From a virus (lineage: Duplodnaviria; Caudoviricetes): a DNA stretch of 64,000 nucleotides. The stretch is from IMG/VR virus record IMGVR_UViG_3300021400_000529, positions 32,001 to 96,000 of that record; one strand, given 5' to 3'. The translations under genes were made by a program, and so were the position numbers. Within the stretch, counting starts at the first letter, position 1, and each line of letters opens with the position of its first letter. The notes under the pieces are model-generated. The model was not told the DNA's origin. It searched no databases and worked only from the letters and a program-made list of their open reading frames with translations. Positions 57,554 to 64,000 of this stretch are shown here, in pieces.

Positions 57554-58240
57554 GTGTCCAAAATAATCTCAAAAGAAAATGGAAAAGGTAATGCAAAGAT
57601 AATCATGGAAGAAAAAAAGAAAGGATATGAATGGCTTGAAAGTGATGTTCAAATAATGAACCTTTTACTTGAAAAACAAGCACAGGGTGATGAAATCCTA
57701 AATCTTTTCAACATTCAATTCATGGATGATTCATACTTAAATGAGGACATGGAAGAAATGAACCGTATCTATGTTGTTCGAGACAGAACTGTTAATGATG
57801 GAAAACCCACTACATTCGAGGGAGATGGTTATCACTGTTTTGTGGAAATAATCATCAGAACAAGCAACCACAACTATATTCAGGCACAACAATTACTTAA
57901 AACTGCTGTAGTATGTATTGACCAACATATTGAAATGGACAACCTAAGCAAATGGACAGAAATAAGAGAGATTGTACCAAAATATGAGAAACCAGGCAAA
58001 CTACGGGAGTACCGTTTAGAATTGTTATGTTATGAAATCAAGGAAAAGGTTGCTTATCCTCAACTGTGTAGTGAAGATTTAAGGGTGGATTTATGTGTTC
58101 AAATTGGTATAGAAAATACTGATAAAGAATGGCATAAAATATATCCACATATTAATAGAAGAAATGACATGATACAACTTCATTCAAGGGAAGAGTTAGA
58201 AGAAGAGCAGATAGACGAAAGAAAATTTGTGAGAGGTTGA
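57554..58240 (+). CDS. putative tail terminator/completion protein
   Basis: Position between the gp10-like and sheath genes; no decisive motif. Confidence 0.45.
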   Translation: MSKIISKENGKGNAKIIMEEKKKGYEWLESDVQIMNLLLEKQAQGDEILNLFNIQFMDDSYLNEDMEEMNRIYVVRDRTVNDGKPTTFEGDGYHCFVEIIIRTSNHNYIQAQQLLKTAVVCIDQHIEMDNLSKWTEIREIVPKYEKPGKLREYRLELLCYEIKEKVAYPQLCSEDLRVDLCVQIGIENTDKEWHKIYPHINRRNDMIQLHSREELEEEQIDERKFVRG

Positions 58241-58252
58241 ATAAGATAAAAA

Positions 58253-60871
58253 ATGGTAAATGTAGATATTAGAACACGAGTAGAACTCAAAAACGAAACC
58301 ATCCATAACAATGGAACAATTGGTTCAGCTGGTCGTGTAGCTCTTATCGGTGCATTCCCGAGTGGGAAACAAAGAACATTTGCTGCCGAAAGTTTTGCCA
58401 AACTATGTAACCATTATGGAGTAAAACTTAACAGTACTGCTGTTAACTGGTACTCTGGTGTACGTGCAGCTAGACGTATATTTATGGAAGGTATCAACGG
58501 TTATAGAGGAGCTAGTTCAGTAACTTGTGTTAACATTTGTAAACTGAAACCAAACTATTTTGAAGATGTTTCACCATTATACAAAGATACATATGATGAA
58601 ATTGAACAAGGTTATGATACTGAAAAGAAAACATTAACTGGTTCACTTGGAATAAATACCCAAACCAACAAATATATTCCGGATGGTGATGCTTTAAAAC
58701 AAGATGTGAGTTTATCATTCGAAAAACTCAAAAAAGCATTATTCAGTATTGCCGACGAAGATATGGATTTGTTATTCATAGCCAATGATTTGTGGGAAAT
58801 TTTTGATAATCCGTTAAAAGAAAGAATTGAATATCCTGCATTATATTATGGGAAATTAGATGCTAAAGAAGCCGATGCTTTGAATTATGAACAGCATTAT
58901 GTTGTTGTAAACGAATATGGAGTTCCTGTAACAGTTAAAGAACCAGTAGTGGATGCAAATGGAAATCAAGTAACAGATGAAAATGGAAATCTTCAATATA
59001 CCGAACATCTCAAATGCCCATTTCTTACAAGGTTTAGGGAAGATGGTGTTGAAGAATTAGCATGGACTCCTGCGACTGAAGTAGTCGATGAAAATGACAA
59101 ATATGCCAACACAAGCACCCCTAGAAAATCCCAAATAATTGATGAAAATGAAAAATTTGTATGGGCTGATGATGGTCATGGTTCTAAAAAATGGCAATTC
59201 ATCACAGAAGAAACAAAAACATCACCTTTTACCGGATTAATGCCTGGTGAAAAAGTACAAAGAGTGTATTTTGATAGGGATGGTTTAAACTGGCAAGTAT
59301 CACCTGCTTTCTACAAAAGACAAGATATATTGGACAACGTAGTAAGAGACAAAACACAGGAAAAACAACCAGCTACTTCATACATAGTTCCAACCAAAAA
59401 TAAAACACCTGTTCTCCTTAACACAGATATGGCTCAATGGTATATTGACACTTTATTCGGGTCTTCTATGCAAACCGTAACGGTCAAAGACCCAGTTACG
59501 AACGAAAACGTATCTAAAAAGGTTGCTAAACAATATATTAAACCGTTTAGAATTGTTGTTAAGATAAAAGACAACACTCCTGTATTCGTAGATGGTGCAT
59601 TAAAATGTCCTTATAAAACAAAAGAAGAGAATGGTAACATAGTTTATGATAAGGTTGATGGAAAATTACAGGAACTTGGAGAATATGGTAGTACTGGTGA
59701 TCAGAACCTTGCGTATGGTGAAAAATTAGCTTATGGGTATTTCTTCAATGATGGTTCCTCAAATGCCTCTTCACCACAATGGTATACAACTCATGCTGAT
59801 AAGTTGTATTATAATAATTTCTATGGTACTTTAAAAGAATATGGTGAGTTGAAAGACAGTAATGGTGTCACTGTTTATGGTATAACTGACAAAGGCAAAT
59901 ATATCAGAAATATTGGTGATGTATATGATTATATTATCGACTTTGTTGACAATGAATTCACCAACCATCGTCCAGTGAATTATGTTGGTGCTGTTAAAAC
60001 AAGAGGAAAACCTGAAGGTAGTGAAAATAATTATACACTGCAAGGGATTGGTAGTGAAATCATCAGAGTAAACAGTGAACGATACAACTATGAAGATGAA
60101 ACCAACGCTACTAAAAAAGCAAGATACACACCTACGGAATCCAATCCTTATGCTGATATTACAACATGGGGTGCTGTTGACATAGCTAACTTGTTTAAAC
60201 GCAAATCCAATGAATTAACCACTTGTGGATTATTCTATCAAGGGGGTATTATTGGTAATGGTTCAAGTGATGGTGAAGAAGTTGATGCTATGGAACTTGC
60301 AGCTCATATAACGGGTTGGATTTGTAGTATTCCATTGGAACAGGATTTAACTTATCAGACTATTCCTGGTTTACTTGCTGTGGATGAAGAACCATTCCTT
60401 GGTGAGTATGATGCTGGTAATATGTTGAACTTGGCCGGTATTCAAGTTATAAGACCTAAGAGTCGGTTGGATAAGACATTCTATGTGAATAATAGTATTA
60501 TGCCTAGTGGTTGGCATACTAATCATGTTCGTAGTGTTACTTATCTTCTTAAACGTTTACAGTTTGAGTCTGGTCTTGGTATAAATAATTATGTTTCTAA
60601 TACTGAGGCTTATCGTGCAATGCTTGATTCTGTAGCTAAGGAAGTTATGAGTGAATGTGATATTATCCGTGGTGTGACTGTGGGTGATGTTGAAATCATT
60701 AATCATTATCATATTTACATACCTATCTCTATCATGTTGAGTGGTGTTGTAACACTGATTAATATTGGTGTGGGTATGACTCTTGATGAAACTGGTGCTT
60801 GGGGTAGTTATATAAGAACTAATTCTGGTGCTTATGTGAAATCAAGTAATGGATATACATATAGTATTTAA
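58253..60871 (+). CDS. putative tail sheath protein with large central insertion
   Basis: N-terminal RVALIGAF and C-terminal LNLAGIQVI...YVNNSI...VRSVTYL...HIYIPISI sheath-like segments; upstream of tube; 872 aa. Confidence 0.65.
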   Translation: MVNVDIRTRVELKNETIHNNGTIGSAGRVALIGAFPSGKQRTFAAESFAKLCNHYGVKLNSTAVNWYSGVRAARRIFMEGINGYRGASSVTCVNICKLKPNYFEDVSPLYKDTYDEIEQGYDTEKKTLTGSLGINTQTNKYIPDGDALKQDVSLSFEKLKKALFSIADEDMDLLFIANDLWEIFDNPLKERIEYPALYYGKLDAKEADALNYEQHYVVVNEYGVPVTVKEPVVDANGNQVTDENGNLQYTEHLKCPFLTRFREDGVEELAWTPATEVVDENDKYANTSTPRKSQIIDENEKFVWADDGHGSKKWQFITEETKTSPFTGLMPGEKVQRVYFDRDGLNWQVSPAFYKRQDILDNVVRDKTQEKQPATSYIVPTKNKTPVLLNTDMAQWYIDTLFGSSMQTVTVKDPVTNENVSKKVAKQYIKPFRIVVKIKDNTPVFVDGALKCPYKTKEENGNIVYDKVDGKLQELGEYGSTGDQNLAYGEKLAYGYFFNDGSSNASSPQWYTTHADKLYYNNFYGTLKEYGELKDSNGVTVYGITDKGKYIRNIGDVYDYIIDFVDNEFTNHRPVNYVGAVKTRGKPEGSENNYTLQGIGSEIIRVNSERYNYEDETNATKKARYTPTESNPYADITTWGAVDIANLFKRKSNELTTCGLFYQGGIIGNGSSDGEEVDAMELAAHITGWICSIPLEQDLTYQTIPGLLAVDEEPFLGEYDAGNMLNLAGIQVIRPKSRLDKTFYVNNSIMPSGWHTNHVRSVTYLLKRLQFESGLGINNYVSNTEAYRAMLDSVAKEVMSECDIIRGVTVGDVEIINHYHIYIPISIMLSGVVTLINIGVGMTLDETGAWGSYIRTNSGAYVKSSNGYTYSI

Positions 60872-60986
60872 TTATTTATGATTTGTTATGATGGTGGCAT
60901 AATTAATTATATTTCACCTTATAATTATGTCCCTCTTCATAACTTTTACCATAAATAATTAATTGATTAACATATATTTTTTAGTT

Positions 60987-62147
60987 ATGACAAGAACAAC
61001 GATTGGAAATTCAACAGTATCTGAAGGTCAAGCGGAAACCACATATGTAATTCCTGGAGATACAAGTCCCGGTGTTCATACTATTTATGCAAATTATCTT
61101 GAAAACGATAATTACATGAGTAGTAGTGGATACAATACAGCTGAAATAAGGATACCAACAGTAACTACTATTTCTGATGTTCTGGCCAGTATTGGTGAAA
61201 CTGCTACTTTCACTGCTAATGTGAAATATAATACTACTCAGAATGTGAATGAGGGTACAGTGCAATTTCAGATGGGTGGTGTAAACATTGGAACTCCCGT
61301 GAATGTTAGTAATGGTGTTGCCACACTTCAATATGAAATTCCATCTAATGCTACTGATGGAACTGCCATAAAGGCTATTTTCATTGAAACAAACATTTAT
61401 GGTGCTTCCCAATCAGCAAATGGTACTTTGAATATCCGTGAGGGTACGAATGTAAGTATTCAAAGTATTTCTGCTAATCGTGGTAGTCAAGCAACTATTA
61501 CTGCGGAAATCACTGATAGTGGTGGTGATCCTGTGATTTCTGGTCAAGCTCAGTTGTATATTGATAATACTGCAAGTGGTTCTCCTGTAAATGTTAGTAA
61601 TGGTAGTGTGTCTTTCACTTATACCGTTGCTAATAATGCTGTGTTGGGTGGTCATACTATCAAGGTTTCATATCTTCAGAATAGTACATATGATCCAGCT
61701 GATGGAACTGCCACATTAACAATTAGAACACCAACTTCAATAACTCCAGTAAACATTTCTGCTAACAAGGGTGCAACGGTAACACTTACTGTACGGATTA
61801 CTGATATTAATTCAACATCTGTACCTGAAGGAACTGTTAGTATAATTGTAGGAGAGGGTGAAGGAGTTAGTGCTAATGTTGGATTGAATGGTGAAGCAAG
61901 TATTAGTTATAACGTTCCTTCAAATGCTAGTGGTACTATTAATTTCAATGCTGTTTATATTGAAAACAATAATTATGAATCCAGTAGTACTGTTACGGCT
62001 GGTGTGCTTACAATACGAAAAGGTACTGTTGTAATTGTAGATAGTATTAAAGCAGAACTTGGAGATACAATCACATTATCTTCAACAGTTACTGATGAGG
62101 ATAGTGAACTTGTAGATACTGGAACTGTTACTTATGAAATAGAATAG
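60987..62147 (+). CDS. Ig-like (Big_3-type) repeat virion protein
   Basis: Three complete ~95-aa repeats plus terminal half repeats; paralog of 53076; start ATG 60987. Confidence 0.82.
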   Translation: MTRTTIGNSTVSEGQAETTYVIPGDTSPGVHTIYANYLENDNYMSSSGYNTAEIRIPTVTTISDVLASIGETATFTANVKYNTTQNVNEGTVQFQMGGVNIGTPVNVSNGVATLQYEIPSNATDGTAIKAIFIETNIYGASQSANGTLNIREGTNVSIQSISANRGSQATITAEITDSGGDPVISGQAQLYIDNTASGSPVNVSNGSVSFTYTVANNAVLGGHTIKVSYLQNSTYDPADGTATLTIRTPTSITPVNISANKGATVTLTVRITDINSTSVPEGTVSIIVGEGEGVSANVGLNGEASISYNVPSNASGTINFNAVYIENNNYESSSTVTAGVLTIRKGTVVIVDSIKAELGDTITLSSTVTDEDSELVDTGTVTYEIE

Positions 62148-62186
62148 AGGATGAAAAAATAACAATATAATAAAATTGAGGTAATA

Positions 62187-62600
62187 ATGGCAGAAACAAC
62201 AAAAACATTATACCAAACAGACATTTTTATTAATAAACAACCGGTAGGATGGGCTAAGGAAATTAGTTTTGACATAGATTATGGGAATGAACAAGAACCT
62301 ACACATAGTGGTAGAATGACTCATAACAGTAAATATCCTGGTTGTGAAATTAGTATTACAAAACTTACTAAGTTTGAATCTGTTAAGGAAAATCAGTTTA
62401 TTGATGCTATTGACACTCTTGCTGAACAGGGTGGTACTGTGACCATGATTACTAAAGAACCTGGGGGTACTTTGGTAATAAATGCTTATGATTGTCGTCC
62501 TGATAGTGAACAATGGAGTAATAATGCTGATGAGTTCCTTGAAATTGAATTAACTCTGCAAGGTGAAAGCTTTGACAGAGAATTCAGAGCTTCAACATAG
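62187..62600 (+). CDS. putative tail tube protein
   Basis: 137 aa, beta-rich (IFINKQPVGWAKEISFDI...FLEIELTLQG); GAGGT RBS; follows the sheath. Confidence 0.65.
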   Translation: MAETTKTLYQTDIFINKQPVGWAKEISFDIDYGNEQEPTHSGRMTHNSKYPGCEISITKLTKFESVKENQFIDAIDTLAEQGGTVTMITKEPGGTLVINAYDCRPDSEQWSNNADEFLEIELTLQGESFDREFRAST

Positions 62601-62912
62601 AATGATAAATAATATGATATAGTTAATGGTTAGACTATAATAAAAAAAGGATAATTAAAACATGATGGACATCTTTCTCTCTTTTTATATTACATAAAGG
62701 GAATATGTGGGGTGATGGTTGGATGAAAAATTCATTACATAATGTTTTACTATTCCAACCATTTTTTTTATGATTACCACCTAATGTTTCCCTTTTTTTT
62801 TGATAAAATAATAAAAAAAAATTATAATTTTGTACATTTATTTTTAAAGATCATAGTTTTACTTGAGTTGCAAAAAAAATGATAATACATTAAGATGGTG
62901 TGGTGACATACA

Positions 62913-63545
62913 ATGAATGAAGTAGAATATGCTAAGAAAATGGCAGAAATAGAAGAACACGAAAATAAAAACAAACCAAAAGAAGATGCTCAGAAACCAT
63001 TTCCAAATGGAATAGATGATAGAAAAGTAACATCCGAGGATGTGGATGAACTTATCAAAAAAGCTGAAGAAATAAAACAACCTCATGAAATAGAAAAAGC
63101 AGAAGAGAAAGAAAAAGAGGAAGAGGAAGAGGTACAAGATGAGAATGCTCGTTTAAAGAAAATGATAGGATTACGAGAATTCATGAAAACCGAAGAATTC
63201 CTAAGACTTGGAACTAAAGCAAGAATTCCAGTACCATTAGACATAAATGGTTATGAAGTCAAAGTGTTTGTCCGTGCTTTAAGCCGTAATGAAATTCAAG
63301 CCTGTAGAATACAAGCACAGAACACCGATGATGACATGGATTTCCTCGCAGTATTGAAAGCATGTACTGATGAGAATGGTGTTCCATTTGAAAGGGAAGT
63401 GTTGGATCAACTGGGTTATGCTCGTATAAGAGATATTAGTGAGGCAATAGGTATTGCGAGTGGTGAAAACCCATCCAACCTCGAGTCCAACATCCGTAAA
63501 AAAGTTATAGATAACTTTCTACAAAAAATTGAGGATGAAACCTAA
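62913..63545 (+). CDS. putative tail assembly chaperone
   Basis: VFVRALSRNE...ISEAIGIASG; position after the tube. Confidence 0.6.
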   Translation: MNEVEYAKKMAEIEEHENKNKPKEDAQKPFPNGIDDRKVTSEDVDELIKKAEEIKQPHEIEKAEEKEKEEEEEVQDENARLKKMIGLREFMKTEEFLRLGTKARIPVPLDINGYEVKVFVRALSRNEIQACRIQAQNTDDDMDFLAVLKACTDENGVPFEREVLDQLGYARIRDISEAIGIASGENPSNLESNIRKKVIDNFLQKIEDET

Positions 63546-63726
63546 TGGTGACTTAAGTCACATCACATGGGTTTACTGGTCCAGTGGATATGACCCCCAA
63601 GCCGTGTTTTATAATTATCCTGAATTAACTATGATACAGGAATTGTGTCTGATATATATTTTTAACCATATTATATCATATAAAAGTAAAATGAGTAAGG
63701 GCAATGTTTTCCCAATAGTACCATAA
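63529..63726 (+). CDS. small ORF overlapping the chaperone 3' end (possible frameshift extension)
   Basis: Overlaps in the +1 frame; PELTMIQ resembles chaperone GT-type tails. Confidence 0.5.
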   Translation: MRMKPNGDLSHITWVYWSSGYDPQAVFYNYPELTMIQELCLIYIFNHIISYKSKMSKGNVFPIVP

Positions 63727-63850
63727 AAAAAAATGATATACTTCTTTTTTGTGGTTAAAATTAATCTATGCGAGCGGAACATTGCCCTTCTATTTTTTTT
63801 ATATAACTTTTTATTACATAAAATCTGGTGAGGTGTGTTAGAGTATATAT

Positions 63851-64000
63851 ATGTCTGATGAATTTGAAGCATTTAAACGCAATATAAAAGCCATAACATC
63901 TTCCGAACTAAATAGTACCCATAGTCTCATAGGAACAATAGTGGATTATACTGATGACATGAAATATTGTGATGTTAAAGTTAGAATGAAGGGTGGTGTT
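63851..64000 (+). CDS. partial ORF, possible baseplate spike/hub OB-fold protein
   Basis: MSDEFEAFKRNIKAITSSELNSTHSLIGTIVDYTDDMKYCDVKV runs off the window; GGTGAGGTG RBS. Confidence 0.5.
   Translation, partial: MSDEFEAFKRNIKAITSSELNSTHSLIGTIVDYTDDMKYCDVKVRMKGGV

Larger units (their letters stand above)
1..64000 (+). mobile_element. Tailed archaeal virus or provirus segment (Caudoviricetes, myovirus-like), probable Methanobacteriales host
   Basis: Terminase, portal, MuF, prohead protease, capsid, sheath and tube genes in canonical order; dense co-oriented small ORFs; no host housekeeping genes; GGTGA RBS; low GC. No ends, att sites or integrase catalytic domain seen in the window. Confidence 0.9.

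Noticed and set aside
1-64000. CRISPR array, diversity-generating retroelement, intein or rRNA
   Set aside because: No regular repeat-spacer run, reverse transcriptase, intein splice motifs in TerL or portal, or rRNA-like sequence was seen by eye.

Overview
The whole 64 kb window reads as part of a large, AT-rich tailed virus or provirus (Caudoviricetes, probably contractile-tailed). The host is most likely a Methanobacteriales archaeon; this is inferred from GGTGA/GGAG ribosome-binding sites, archaeal PIP-like KQTKL tails and Ig-like adhesin repeats. Layout: 1-10.6 kb holds small hypothetical ORFs and a tRNA-like RNA. 10.8-25 kb holds a type IIG restriction-modification fusion plus eight more DNA methyltransferases. 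32-34.7 kb is a ParB / TGT(DpdA)-like / ParB / QueC cluster. 37.5-64 kb is the virion module (TerS, portal, MuF, TerL, protease-scaffold, major capsid, neck, Ig-like proteins, sheath, tube, chaperone). The standout feature is a family of 23 ORFs between 16.3 and 48.5 kb that start with the same peptide, MGKNR (variants MGKSR, MGKNW), followed by a flexible linker and unrelated bodies. Six bodies are R-S-E ADP-ribosyltransferase-like, seven are HExxH zincin peptidases and the rest are unknown. The tag is conserved as protein, not DNA, since its codons vary synonymously. All seven zincins, and none of the others, have an adjacent small partner gene from one family, usually on the opposite strand. 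I interpret this as a tag-addressed, probably capsid-loaded, polymorphic effector and immunity arsenal. All family assignments come from motif reading by eye; no database searches were run.
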